From positions 1 through 56,234 of the forward strand of contig CAZMYR010000008.1 in assembly GCA_964570585.1 (NCBI GenBank): a stretch of 56,234 nt of DNA, written 5' to 3'. This DNA comes from an uncultured Planctomycetia bacterium (GTDB lineage: Bacteria; Omnitrophota; Gorgyraeia; JABMRG01; JAFGKX01). How positions within the stretch are numbered: the first letter of the stretch is position 1; each line of letters starts with the position of its first letter. This document shows positions 28,200-37,492 of this stretch, in pieces. The position numbers and the translations under genes were made by a program. The notes beneath the pieces are model-generated. The model was not told the DNA's origin and made no database searches. It was given only the letters and a program-made list of their open reading frames with translations.

Positions 28200-28638
28200 G
28201 CGCTTTCCTTCTCCTTTCTAACTGCTTTGCGGCTTGTTTTATCCATGCTGGGGGTTCTATGCGGGGAATGGATTGTTGGTTTTTTGTTCGCGGCCAGAGG
28301 CCGCTCCTACGGATCTGCTTTACTTCTAATCTATCTACCGGGAGGTCCTGCAATTCTACCCATATTTTGGGTTTTTTGTTTTTGTGGCCTTTGACCATTT
28401 CCTTTTGCACTGTTATAAGGCCCATATCTTGCAATTCCTGCCTTGCTTTACATATAGTAGCGCTTGATAGGCCGGTTGTTTCTTTTAGTGCTTCTATACC
28501 GTAGCAGCTTCTGCCATCAATGCCGCCAGATAGAACATATAAAATGTATAATTTTGCTGCTGAAGCTGACATTTGTTTTAAAAAGCCAAGATTTTTAAGG
28601 TCTCGGTCTATCCAGTCAAATGGGTAAAATTTTCTCAT
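28192..28638 (-). CDS. Winged-HTH protein, possible replication initiator of the element
   Basis: AAKLYILY...LKETTGLSSATICKARQELQDMGLITV wHTH pattern; first gene after the att; AT-rich upstream region. Confidence 0.6.
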   Translation of the reverse strand: MRKFYPFDWIDRDLKNLGFLKQMSASAAKLYILYVLSGGIDGRSCYGIEALKETTGLSSATICKARQELQDMGLITVQKEMVKGHKNKKPKIWVELQDLPVDRLEVKQIRRSGLWPRTKNQQSIPRIEPPAWIKQAAKQLERRRKAHV

Positions 28639-28750
28639 TTTATTTCAATATATATTTCTATAGTATAGAGGTTTTAAAATTTAAAAAATGCTATGCTTAA
28701 AGCTGTTTTTAGATTTTAAAAAATGCTTTGGTGGGTAGGTGGAAATGGCA

Positions 28751-28774
28751 AAAACGTAACAAAACGTAACAAAA
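28751..28774. repeat. Putative integrase arm-type sites, right
   Basis: AAAACGTAAC x2 followed by AAAA; same orientation as 13164-13185. Confidence 0.7.
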
Positions 28775-28869
28775 ATGGTAGAATTATCAAGATTTTCAAG
28801 GAAATAAAAAACCCCACCTACCGTCATTATCGACGATAAGTAGGGTTTTGTGCTTAAAACTGCTTCCCT

Positions 28870-28899
28870 CTAAATTAACTGGCGGGGACGATGGGATTC
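28870..28899. repeat. att site (right direct repeat, includes the tRNA-Asp 3' end)
   Basis: Identical to 13065-13094. Confidence 0.95.
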
Positions 28900-28958
28900 G
28901 AACCCACGATCTATAGATCGACAGTCTATCGCTTTAAGCCGTGCTAAGCTACGTCCCC
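28880..28958 (-). tRNA. tRNA-Asp (GUC)
   Basis: GGGGACG/CGTCCCC acceptor stem, ATAGA-CTGTCGA-TCTAT anticodon arm, TTCGAAT T-loop, encoded CCA. Confidence 0.95.
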
Positions 28959-28967
28959 TTTTATGTC

Positions 28968-29044
28968 TGGTGGGCGGTGCAGGACTCGAACCTGCGACCC
29001 CCTGCGTGTAAAGCAGATGTTCTAGCCAACTGAACTAACCGCCC
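28968..29044 (-). tRNA. tRNA-Val (UAC)
   Basis: GGGCGGT acceptor strand, TCTGC-TTTACAC-GCAGG anticodon arm, TTCGAGT T-loop, encoded CCA. Confidence 0.95.
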
Positions 29045-29083
29045 GGGAATTTTGCTACGCAAAATTTACTAATGGCTTCTCAA

Positions 29084-29112
29084 ATTATACTTTATATAAT
29101 ACTGTTTGTCAA
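29084..29112 (-). promoter_or_regulatory. Sigma70 promoter of the tRNA-Val/Asp operon
   Basis: TTGACA-17bp-TATAAT exact consensus. Confidence 0.85.
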
Positions 29113-29122
29113 TCTGTATCGA

Positions 29123-29773
29123 TTATTTCGCTTTTATACTCAAACTATGCGCACATCTTATCGGTTCAGGCAGGCGATATTTTCCCACACAGGAGGCAAT
29201 AATATCCTTTGCTTCCTTAATACTAACCAAATGGCCTGGCGAGATAAATACAGGCTTTACATTATCCCTTGTTCGCAAAACGCATCCTAAAACTTTTCCT
29301 ATTTTAGGATCAATCAGATATGAAAAATCTCCCTTTTTCTCTCCTACCTTCTCATATTCTCCCCAGAGACGACTCTTGGCGCATCCAATGGTGGGAGTAT
29401 TCAATATCACGCCCATATGCGAGGCAATGCCTAATTGTTTTGGGTGCGCAATGCCCTGTCCGTCAAAAACAAGAACATCCGGCTTTAATCTAAGCTGATA
29501 AAATAATTTTTCTAAAGCCGGGCCTTCTCTAAAAGTTAAAAATCCCGGGATATAAGGAAAGTCAATTTTTCTTCTAAGGGTTTTTTCTTCTAAAAGTTGC
29601 GGGTCAGGATAACTAAATACACATATAGCTGCTATGCAAACATCGTCTGTAAAGCCCACATCGCAGGCAGCTATTCTCTTTATTCTTTTGCCTAACCTTT
29701 TTATCTTTACTTTATTTCTTAAAGTTTCCTGAACTGCTTTTGCTTCTTTTATAGTAACGGGCCATTTTTTCAT
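29123..29773 (-). CDS. nfi: Endonuclease V
   Basis: IAACDVGF, FPYIPGFLTFREGP, FDGQGIAHP, TIGCAKS, PVFISPGH, RLPEP; true start MKKW at 29773. Confidence 0.95.
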   Translation of the reverse strand: MKKWPVTIKEAKAVQETLRNKVKIKRLGKRIKRIAACDVGFTDDVCIAAICVFSYPDPQLLEEKTLRRKIDFPYIPGFLTFREGPALEKLFYQLRLKPDVLVFDGQGIAHPKQLGIASHMGVILNTPTIGCAKSRLWGEYEKVGEKKGDFSYLIDPKIGKVLGCVLRTRDNVKPVFISPGHLVSIKEAKDIIASCVGKYRLPEPIRCAHSLSIKAK

Positions 29774-29780
29774 GGTATAT

Positions 29781-29855
29781 GCACCGTTTGGGAAAACAAA
29801 GGGGCAAGTGTCCCCGCAAAGGGGACATTTGCTACTTTGTTTTCCCAAACGGTGC
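29781..29855. repeat. 75-bp REP-like palindrome, GGGGACA family, copy 2
   Basis: 35-bp arms with 3 mismatches around a GCAAA loop. Confidence 0.85.
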
Positions 29856-30281
29856 TATTCTTAAATTATAAACAAATTCCTCCTGCTGTGGTGTAAAGCC
29901 GACCCAGGGGTGTTTTTCCTCAATTAGATTGACCGCTTCTTGAATATTCATTCCCCTTTTTACCAATATGGCTATTGCAACTAAAGGAGAGCGTCCGCAA
30001 CCATTTTGGCAATGTATCAAAATCTTTTTACCCTTATCTAAAAAAGGCTCAATAAAATTAAATATTTCCTTTAGTTGTTTTGCGATGGGGGAATATCGGT
30101 CATCCACCTTTATATTTAAAAAATCTATATTATATTTTTTAAGAAGCTCTGCATTGTCACAGTATTCTGAACGCACATCCACCATTGCTTCTATATCCTC
30201 TTCTTTTATCTGAGGTATATCTTCGTCCAAAAAAGCTCCTCCTACAGCAATCTGTTCATTAATCCAGGATATGTTAAGCAT
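29832..30281 (-). CDS. Dual-specificity protein phosphatase
   Basis: HCQNGCGRS (CX5R) active site. Confidence 0.88.
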   Translation of the reverse strand: MLNISWINEQIAVGGAFLDEDIPQIKEEDIEAMVDVRSEYCDNAELLKKYNIDFLNIKVDDRYSPIAKQLKEIFNFIEPFLDKGKKILIHCQNGCGRSPLVAIAILVKRGMNIQEAVNLIEEKHPWVGFTPQQEEFVYNLRIAPFGKTK

Positions 30282-30367
30282 ATTATACCTATAAAATTAT
30301 CATAATATAATAACATAATATAGGAAAATTTTAAAAAGAAAAACTAAAATAGGAAAGGTTTGGGAGG

Positions 30368-30988
30368 TTACTTATTTAAGGCGCAAATTACTACAAAACC
30401 GCCTTTTCCGAATCCGCGCTTTGGAATTTCTACTCTTTTTATTTTATCGGGGAAATCAAAAATTGCCTGCCAGAAAGAGAAATTGCTGAAATGTTGTTTT
30501 TTTAGTAAATTTACTATTCCTTTTGCTGAGAAAAACCTTGCAGCTTTATAAAATTTACTCTTTTTCTTTTGATAATACTTACCCAAAAAACTATTCTTAT
30601 CAACAATGCCAATTATGATTCTGCCGTTTTCCTTAAGGACCCTTTTAGATTCTGCTATGACCTTTTCAGGATCATTTACAAAACAGATGGTAATAGCAAT
30701 AAGAGCATAATCAAATTCATTATTGCCAAAAGGTAAGTTTTCACCGTAAGCGACCTCTGTCTTTATGCCGCGTCTTTTTGCGATCTTTAGCATCTTAGCT
30801 GAGGGATCTATGCCATAACGAATGCCCAAGCGAGAAGCAAACCTACCTGTGCCAACGCCTATTTCCAAACCCTTACCTTTTTTTGGCAAGACTTTTTTTA
30901 TCGCCTCAACTTCGGAAAGGTAGGCAAATCTGTTTCTCCCATACCAGGCATCGTATTCCTTATAGTATTTATTAAAGAGATTTCTCAC
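30368..30988 (-). CDS. Class I SAM-dependent methyltransferase
   Basis: LEIGVGTGRF, GIDPS, GENLPF; GTG start assumed. Confidence 0.88.
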   Translation of the reverse strand: MRNLFNKYYKEYDAWYGRNRFAYLSEVEAIKKVLPKKGKGLEIGVGTGRFASRLGIRYGIDPSAKMLKIAKRRGIKTEVAYGENLPFGNNEFDYALIAITICFVNDPEKVIAESKRVLKENGRIIIGIVDKNSFLGKYYQKKKSKFYKAARFFSAKGIVNLLKKQHFSNFSFWQAIFDFPDKIKRVEIPKRGFGKGGFVVICALNK

Positions 30989-31353
30989 AGGTCTAATTTT
31001 CCCCACCAGCCGTCATAGAATCTTTTTAGATGTTCGTAGAATTCTTTATCCATGGTAGCCTTTTTAACATCACTCTCTTTGAAAGAGTATCTATAAGATG
31101 CGCAATAGTTCAAAAGCACATCTCTGGCGTGGGTCATCCTTTTAAATATCTCCTCAGACTCTTTTTTGTCTTTGCCTTTGTGTTTATCCCGCACCTTTTT
31201 GTCTTTCTCCTGAATATCATAAAAGGTGCGGGATTTATCCGGATGATGCTTAAATGCAAGTTTCTTATAAGCCTCCTTTATTTCATGCAAAGTAGCTTCT
31301 TCACCTAAATCTAATAATTTCCTGGCTTCGTCTATTTGCTTAAAAGTAATCAT
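30985..31353 (-). CDS. J-domain (DnaJ-related) protein
   Basis: ARKLLDL..ATLHEIKEAYKKLAFKHHPDK; start at MITFK. Confidence 0.85.
   Translation of the reverse strand: MITFKQIDEARKLLDLGEEATLHEIKEAYKKLAFKHHPDKSRTFYDIQEKDKKVRDKHKGKDKKESEEIFKRMTHARDVLLNYCASYRYSFKESDVKKATMDKEFYEHLKRFYDGWWGKLDL
31186..31234. repeat. Palindromic element inserted in frame in the J-domain gene
   Basis: ATCCCGCACCTTTT / AAAAGGTGCGGGAT perfect 14-bp arms; flanking GGATAAA duplication. Confidence 0.75.
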
Positions 31354-31372
31354 ATTAAACCTCTTGTTTTTA

Positions 31373-31579
31373 TTAAAGGGGACAAGTTCCTGTAGGGCAA
31401 CTCTGGCCGGAAAAACTCGGTTTACCACCGGAATTTCCTACATTAAAAGAGCCCAATGTCTTCTCAATATTTTTGCTATCGCACTTCCTGCATTTAAATT
31501 CTATCTTTTCAGAAGTCATTCCTACTAACAAATCAAACTTTTCGCCGCAGTCTTTGCATAGATAAGTATAGACAGGCAT
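31373..31579 (-). CDS. FmdB-family zinc-ribbon protein, copy 1
   Basis: MPVYTYLCKDCG...CRKCDS...CPTGTCP. Confidence 0.85.
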   Translation of the reverse strand: MPVYTYLCKDCGEKFDLLVGMTSEKIEFKCRKCDSKNIEKTLGSFNVGNSGGKPSFSGQSCPTGTCPL

Positions 31580-31619
31580 AGTTTATTCACCTCCAATTTT
31601 TGCTTTTTAAAATAAGGAA

Positions 31620-32558
31620 TCAAAGCATCAATTTCCTTATGTAAAATTTTTTATCTTTATATCTTACCTTTATTAATCTATTTTCGTTTATTAACTTATC
31701 GATTATGCTCCAGTTTCTTTTAGCCTTTGCTAAAAATTCGTTTACAGCTTCTTCCCTCATTGGATGCACTGAGGTAATGCTTAATAAGTCCTCTTCAACA
31801 TTTCCTGTAAATGCAAAAGCATTGCCTTCATAGCCGATAAGATATTCTGTGCTGATAAGCTTTTCATTAAAGACCTGATATGCTGTATTTAGGATGTGTT
31901 CTGCTGCGGGTTTTACCCATTTTTCTGCCGGTGGCCTGGTTGGGATAGAGATATAACTCCTTTTGGTTTCTAAGCCGGCTATGAAATTAGCAATTCTTGT
32001 TACTTCTTCTATATGACTATTAATATCTTGAATAAGCATAGTTTCTGTTGCTAATTCGCCATTGAAAATGTGCGAAAATTGCGATATGCCCTGTAATATT
32101 TTATTAAGTTGCAAAGATTTGTGCGGTCTATCAATCCTATGCCAAATATCTCCACTTACAGCGTCAATTTTTAAAGAGACCCAATCAGCCTTGCATAAAT
32201 CATCCTGGATATCCTCCTGCCATATAAGAGAAGCATTTGAAATAACCGCAATTTTAATACCCAATGGTTTAAGCATCTTTATCGCTTTACCAAGGTTGAT
32301 ATCTAAAATAGGTTCTCCGTCAGGAATGAAAGTCAGATAATCTATAGGTTCCCTTTGCTTTTTAGCGCCTTCTATTTTTTTCTTAACTTCTTTTAATATT
32401 TCTTCCGGTTTATAAAATTCATTTCTATTAACCCGCATATTTGACGTTCTTCCCAGCTGGCAATAAATACAGGAATACGTGCAAATTTTTGGGGGGATAT
32501 TATTTATACCTAAACTGTGTCCTAAGCGCCTCGACGGAACCGGGCCAAATGCTATCAT
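31620..32558 (-). CDS. Radical SAM protein (TYW1-like, function unknown)
   Basis: FGPVPSRRLGHSLG, CTYSCIYC, DGEP. Confidence 0.88.
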   Translation of the reverse strand: MIAFGPVPSRRLGHSLGINNIPPKICTYSCIYCQLGRTSNMRVNRNEFYKPEEILKEVKKKIEGAKKQREPIDYLTFIPDGEPILDINLGKAIKMLKPLGIKIAVISNASLIWQEDIQDDLCKADWVSLKIDAVSGDIWHRIDRPHKSLQLNKILQGISQFSHIFNGELATETMLIQDINSHIEEVTRIANFIAGLETKRSYISIPTRPPAEKWVKPAAEHILNTAYQVFNEKLISTEYLIGYEGNAFAFTGNVEEDLLSITSVHPMREEAVNEFLAKAKRNWSIIDKLINENRLIKVRYKDKKFYIRKLML

Positions 32559-32679
32559 TTTCCTTCTTCCTCGTTACAGTTATTCATCTATTATTTGTTA
32601 TGTAAACCATCCATAAAAAGGTAAAATTGCTAAATCTCTATCGTCTGCCCAGCGGCTATACGAATAAAATTATTTTTAT

Positions 32680-33270
32680 TTATTTTTTGCTGAAATTTAA
32701 ATTCTGCCAGTCTTTTTTTATCGATTCCAACAACCCATGGGTTCTTAGCGCTGCAGCTGGATGGAACATCGGAATTATTTTTATATCTCTATTTGGATTA
32801 AATAGATCTCCGGTGGTAACACAAAAAACTTGTCCATGAATCTCCGAGATTCTTTTTTTGGGCAGATTATATTTCCCAAGGGTGTATTGTGCCGCTATAG
32901 AACCTAAAGGAATAATTGTCTCCGGCTTTATTATCTCTATTTGTCTATCAAGATATACGCAACAGCTAGCTATTTCCTCCTGCCCTATTGAGTAAGTAGG
33001 GGCATGGCATTTTATAATATTAGTTATATAAAGTGATTCTCTGTTTAATTTAGCCAATCCTAAAAGCTCATTTAAAAAATTGCCTGAGGGGCCAATAAAT
33101 AATTTCCCTGTTGAATTCTCTTCTTCCCCGGGAGATAATCCTATTAACATAATTTTGGCATTATTTTTCCCTTCTGCAAATACGGATTTATCTCTAAATT
33201 TATAGAGTTTACATTTTTCGCAAGTTTCTACTGCCTCCCGGATTTCGTTTAAATCGTTTAAATTCATCAT
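32680..33270 (-). CDS. udg: Fe-S uracil-DNA glycosylase (family 4-like)
   Basis: CEKC, GLSPGEEE, FIGPSG, TNIIKC, HPAAAL. Confidence 0.88.
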   Translation of the reverse strand: MMNLNDLNEIREAVETCEKCKLYKFRDKSVFAEGKNNAKIMLIGLSPGEEENSTGKLFIGPSGNFLNELLGLAKLNRESLYITNIIKCHAPTYSIGQEEIASCCVYLDRQIEIIKPETIIPLGSIAAQYTLGKYNLPKKRISEIHGQVFCVTTGDLFNPNRDIKIIPMFHPAAALRTHGLLESIKKDWQNLNFSKK

Positions 33271-33767
33271 GCGCCTTCAAAAAATCTTCCTATTATTTTT
33301 CTGTGGGAAGAAAATGGGATATATGGCAAAGATTCTCTGCTAAAAAATCTCGCAGCTTTCAATTCCCTATTCAACGAAAGGCGAGTTTTATAAACATTAA
33401 CCTCATAGCCAATAACAAGGAGAGAGCCATAATATCTAGTTTTTTGAGCATAAACACTTATTAATCTTTTAATTTTACCCTTTATTCCTGTCTCTTCTTC
33501 TAACTCTCTCAAACACGCGAATTCAGGAGTTTCACCCGATTCAATAAAACCTCCAGGTAACGCCCATTTATTTATGCCTGGTTCGAGGTTCCTTTTCGTT
33601 ATAAGTATTTTACCTTCTCTGCCTTTCGCCACGCATGCCGCAACAGGTAAAGGATTCCCATAGTATATCCAACCGCATTTTTGACAAACTAATCTTTTCC
33701 GGCCATCTACTTGCCCCTTGCGCAAATAATATCTGCATATAGGGCAAAATTTAAACGCCTGCTTCAT
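33267..33767 (-). CDS. NUDIX hydrolase with N-terminal zinc ribbon
   Basis: CPIC...CQKC; Nudix box GGFIESGETPEFACLRELEEETG. Confidence 0.9.
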   Translation of the reverse strand: MKQAFKFCPICRYYLRKGQVDGRKRLVCQKCGWIYYGNPLPVAACVAKGREGKILITKRNLEPGINKWALPGGFIESGETPEFACLRELEEETGIKGKIKRLISVYAQKTRYYGSLLVIGYEVNVYKTRLSLNRELKAARFFSRESLPYIPFSSHRKIIGRFFEGA

Positions 33768-33815
33768 TATTCCTGGTATACTCCGTCATCTGAACAGATA
33801 AAATCTTCCATTTTT

Positions 33816-34184
33816 TTAACGCATTCCCCCTCTGGCTACCTTGTTGTCTTTATCAACAACGACGATTTTTTGTTTTATTTTTACTGCCTCGCTATAACCG
33901 GTAAATACATATGAAATAATACAAAGGATATCTCCTGTTTCTCCCAACCTTGCTGCCGGACCGTATAAAGCAATAGTCCCCGAATTTTCTTCTTCTTCGA
34001 TAACATACGTTTCAAATCTTTGGCCATTGTTGAAATTCAAAACTTGTACTTTTTCTCCCGGTATAATATCGCTTTTTAATAAAAGAGCTTTATCTATGCC
34101 AATGCTCCCGCTATAATACAATTCTTTTTTAGTAATTGTCGCTCCATGGATCTTCGAGTTAAGTATTTGCTTAAAAATTGCCAT
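33816..34184 (-). CDS. panD: Aspartate 1-decarboxylase
   Basis: [17 protein letters not shown] (G-S cleavage site), [17 protein letters not shown]. Confidence 0.93.
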   Translation of the reverse strand: MAIFKQILNSKIHGATITKKELYYSGSIGIDKALLLKSDIIPGEKVQVLNFNNGQRFETYVIEEEENSGTIALYGPAARLGETGDILCIISYVFTGYSEAVKIKQKIVVVDKDNKVARGGMR

Positions 34185-34193
34185 AATATTTCC

Positions 34194-34988
34194 TCATTTC
34201 GTTACGAAAGCATTTATTACCATAAAAACAGCAGCAACTAGAGTAGTATAAGCAAATATTTTCTTAAGGCGCACAGGGTTTGTTCTAATAGATATTTTAC
34301 CGCCTAATAGACCGCCAATTGCTGCAACACAGGTTACTGGAATAGCCAAAGCAGGATTGAAATCACCGGCTATGGCATGGCCTGTAAATCCCATTAACGC
34401 TGTTGCAGCTACCATAGCAGAAGATGTGCCAATAGCTATTCTCATGGGGACGCCGCAGGCTAACACCATAAAAGGTATTTTAAAGCTACCTCCGGAAATT
34501 CCAATCATCCCTGCGAAAAAACCTACAGTAGCGGTAATAGGGATAGCCATCCAGAAATTTACCCTATAATTATACTCGCCAAAAGAACGATTCCAATAAC
34601 CAAATCGTCTTTTACCATAACTAACATATTCTTTAACCGGACCCAGCATAAAAAAAGCTGCTAATGCTAAAAGAAAAGCAAATAGAAACTTTAAATAACA
34701 CCCTGCAAAATAATGGGCGAGATATCCGCCAATAAAAGCCATAATATCTGTAGGAGGGTCTATCGCCAGGGCAAGTTTCCAATCAACTGTCTTGTATTTA
34801 TGGAAAACCAGAGTAGCAACGATAGCTGTCATCATTAAAATTAGTTGCGCGCTTGTTGCAGCTATATTCATCGAAGCTCCAGAAGCGATTAATACAGGAA
34901 CATAAAAATTACCACCTCCTCGGCCTACCATTGACATTAAAACGGCTAATACAAATATAACGGATGAAGTTATTGCTATTTTTATCAT
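34194..34988 (-). CDS. Sulfite exporter TauE/SafE family
   Basis: GRGGG.FYVP and GISGGSFKIP repeats; multi-TM. Confidence 0.88.
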   Translation of the reverse strand: MIKIAITSSVIFVLAVLMSMVGRGGGNFYVPVLIASGASMNIAATSAQLILMMTAIVATLVFHKYKTVDWKLALAIDPPTDIMAFIGGYLAHYFAGCYLKFLFAFLLALAAFFMLGPVKEYVSYGKRRFGYWNRSFGEYNYRVNFWMAIPITATVGFFAGMIGISGGSFKIPFMVLACGVPMRIAIGTSSAMVAATALMGFTGHAIAGDFNPALAIPVTCVAAIGGLLGGKISIRTNPVRLKKIFAYTTLVAAVFMVINAFVTK

Positions 34989-35032
34989 TTAAGCTTTATC
35001 AAATATTCCGCACTGGATTAATTATAACTTTT

Positions 35033-35869
35033 TTATTTTTTATCAATTTTCAAGTAATCTGTAACCCTATTCATTATTTCATTCATAATCTTTGCGGTTT
35101 GGGTCTCTCGCTTAAAATGGATAAATGGTTGGCCTGAATCTCCGGATTTTACCATTTCAGGTTCAACCGGAATTCTCCCTAAGAATGGCACGCCTAAATC
35201 CGAAGCTGCTTTCTCGCCTCCACCTATTCCAAACAAATCTATTTCTCTTTTACAGTGAGGGCATATAAAACCGCTCATATTTTCAATTATTCCCACAACA
35301 GGCACCTTTAATTGCTTTGCGAATAAAACACTCTTGCGAGAATCTAAAATAGCAACATCTTGAGGGGTAGTAACAATTATTGCGCCGTTTATATCCGGAA
35401 TAAGCTGACAGACACTTAATGGCTCATCACCCGTTCCCGGAGGAGAATCAACGATTAAATAATCTAATTTACCCCAGTTAACATCGGCTAAAAACTGCTT
35501 TATGGTCAACATTTTTAAAGGGCCCCTCCAGATTACAGGTTGGTCTTGATTCTCCAAAATCAAAGCAAGGCTTACTGCACCTAAATTAGGTAAAACCTGG
35601 ACAGGTTCTATTCCTGAATCGGACCCTATAAGCCTTTTCCCTTCAATCCCTAACATCTTGGCAATATTAGGGCCGTGAATATCCGCATCCAGAATGCCAA
35701 CCTTATTTCCTTTAATGGCCAAAGCATATGCTAAATTAACCGCTACAGTGGTTTTGCCAACGCCGCCTTTTCCGCTAATTACAATTAATTTATTTTTTAT
35801 TCTCGATAAATTATCTTTAAGGCGTTTATCTTGCTCTAATTGCTGCTTTTTTCTTTCTGCCTCTTGCAT
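35033..35869 (-). CDS. mrp: Mrp/NBP35 (ApbC) Fe-S carrier ATPase
   Basis: [40 protein letters not shown]. Confidence 0.93.
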   Translation of the reverse strand: MQEAERKKQQLEQDKRLKDNLSRIKNKLIVISGKGGVGKTTVAVNLAYALAIKGNKVGILDADIHGPNIAKMLGIEGKRLIGSDSGIEPVQVLPNLGAVSLALILENQDQPVIWRGPLKMLTIKQFLADVNWGKLDYLIVDSPPGTGDEPLSVCQLIPDINGAIIVTTPQDVAILDSRKSVLFAKQLKVPVVGIIENMSGFICPHCKREIDLFGIGGGEKAASDLGVPFLGRIPVEPEMVKSGDSGQPFIHFKRETQTAKIMNEIMNRVTDYLKIDKK

Positions 35870-36015
35870 AAATAACTATCTCCTGACAATGCTGACTAGT
35901 TAATACTTATAAATTTGTTTTATTATAATCATTTTAAGCTATAAATCTCTAAAGTGGCTTTTCTGAGATTAACCATCGATAATCTTCCTTTGGCTTCCGT
36001 TTTTGGTTCCTGTAA

Positions 36016-36621
36016 CTAATCAATAAATATATTCCATAAGTCCTTAGGTATTCCTACAGCTATAAACTCTCTTCTTAAATCAGCAAAATTTCGTGAATCT
36101 ACACACCCAAATGAAAGGGTAATCTTTCCCTCAAGATAAGTTTTTACGGCAATACCGCCGCAAATTGGCATCATACCGGGCAATAAAACATCCAAATTCT
36201 TACCTGTACGCCTCTGATATAGTCTTGTTAAATTCATAATTTCCTGAGCAGAAGTATATGCCATGATTAGGTCTGGTATACCTTCAGTGTTTAATCCTAT
36301 GTATTTAAAGGGTTTCCTAAAGCGTGGAGCTCGTGAAAGCATTGATTTTAAGTTTGCTATTGAGGCCTGGGTTTTGCTTCGGCATATTTCTAAAAGCCTT
36401 TTTTTGTCGGGCTCCCAGCCAAAGGCATATTGGGCGCCGAGACAGGAAATGCTATCCTTATCTAAAATAATAGGTTGAATTATAGCCTTTTTTGTTGCTT
36501 CACAGAACATTACATTTTTCAATCTTATAACTTCTTTTAATTTCGGCTTTTCTTTATAAAACTTTACCTTAATCCAATGACTTCCAAACTTATCGGAAAA
36601 TCTCCAGTTAATACGATCCAT
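36016..36621 (-). CDS. DUF169 family protein
   Basis: FCEA, SCLGA, PICG, SFGCVDSR Cys pattern. Confidence 0.75.
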   Translation of the reverse strand: MDRINWRFSDKFGSHWIKVKFYKEKPKLKEVIRLKNVMFCEATKKAIIQPIILDKDSISCLGAQYAFGWEPDKKRLLEICRSKTQASIANLKSMLSRAPRFRKPFKYIGLNTEGIPDLIMAYTSAQEIMNLTRLYQRRTGKNLDVLLPGMMPICGGIAVKTYLEGKITLSFGCVDSRNFADLRREFIAVGIPKDLWNIFID

Positions 36622-36696
36622 TTCTTTCCTTTCTTTATTTTATATAGTTATTTAAGTTCTTTCCATCTTTTGCGCTGGCAATTGAAATAATTATAT

Positions 36697-37194
36697 TTAT
36701 ACCTTTCTTAAGAAAATTGCTTTATTCGGGCATGCTCTAACGCATTCACCGCATCCCGTGCACAGTGCTGCGTCAACTCCGGCAATATCATTCACTGTAA
36801 TTGCTCTTTGAGGACAAACATTAACACAAACACCGCAACCTGTACATTTAATTTCATCGATAATGGCTTTTAAAGCTGTTGATTTTGACGGTTCTTGTTT
36901 GTCCTCCTCGTTTAAATTTCCGTAAGGAAATTTGGGGAGGATGCTTTTTTTCGCTAATTCATCAATCCGCTTAAGGACCATATCCAGTTGTTGTTTAAGC
37001 TGCTGTGATTGTTGTTTGAGCATTTCTAATTCTTGTTCTTTTAAAACCGGCTGGGTGAAATTTTGTCGGGGTTGATTCGGAGAAACAGGCCATCCCTGAT
37101 ACATCCTTCCTCTACCGCGGCTTTTTCCAAATCCTCCTCTTCCACCGCCACTTGGCCCTTGTCCAAATGAACCAATTCCATCTCCAAATGCCAT
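36697..37194 (-). CDS. Gly-rich/coiled-coil (DUF5320-like) protein fused to a 2[4Fe-4S] ferredoxin
   Basis: GDGIGSFGQGP N-terminus, EQELEMLKQQ coiled coil, CTGCGVCVNVCP and CTGCGECVRACP. Confidence 0.85.
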   Translation of the reverse strand: MAFGDGIGSFGQGPSGGGRGGFGKSRGRGRMYQGWPVSPNQPRQNFTQPVLKEQELEMLKQQSQQLKQQLDMVLKRIDELAKKSILPKFPYGNLNEEDKQEPSKSTALKAIIDEIKCTGCGVCVNVCPQRAITVNDIAGVDAALCTGCGECVRACPNKAIFLRKV

Positions 37195-37492
37195 TTTTTA
37201 ACCTCTTTCGATAAATAGCTCGTTCTTTATAAACAACCAAATTAGCTCACTGCGCTCGCTACTTTATGGCCGTATGGGAATTTTTGAAATTCCCATACCA
37301 CAAGAAAATTGCCTTTAGCGATAACTCTAATGCGATTTTCGCAGTAGTATAGTATTGAAAGTATTTATACTTTTACCATCAAAAAAACAAAACATTCCTG
37401 ATAGGCAAAATTTTTCATAAAATCCCTAGGTTCAAAACGATACCGTCAAATTGTTCTATCTTTCGGCATCTGTTTTTCTCTCTCCTAAATAT

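Larger units (their letters stand above)
13065..28899. mobile_element. 15.8 kb tRNA-Asp-integrated element (defence island)
   Basis: 30-bp direct repeats, tyrosine integrase and Xis next to one end, arm-like repeats at both ends, defence cargo. Confidence 0.92.

Noticed and set aside
13065-28899. Prophage or ICE interpretation of the island
   Set aside because: No capsid, terminase, tail, lysis, relaxase or T4SS genes between the att sites.
29774-29848. Cys-rich N-terminal extension of Nfi (CPLCGDTC) as a zinc finger
   Set aside because: It is the translation of the 75-bp palindrome; the protein family starts at MKKW.
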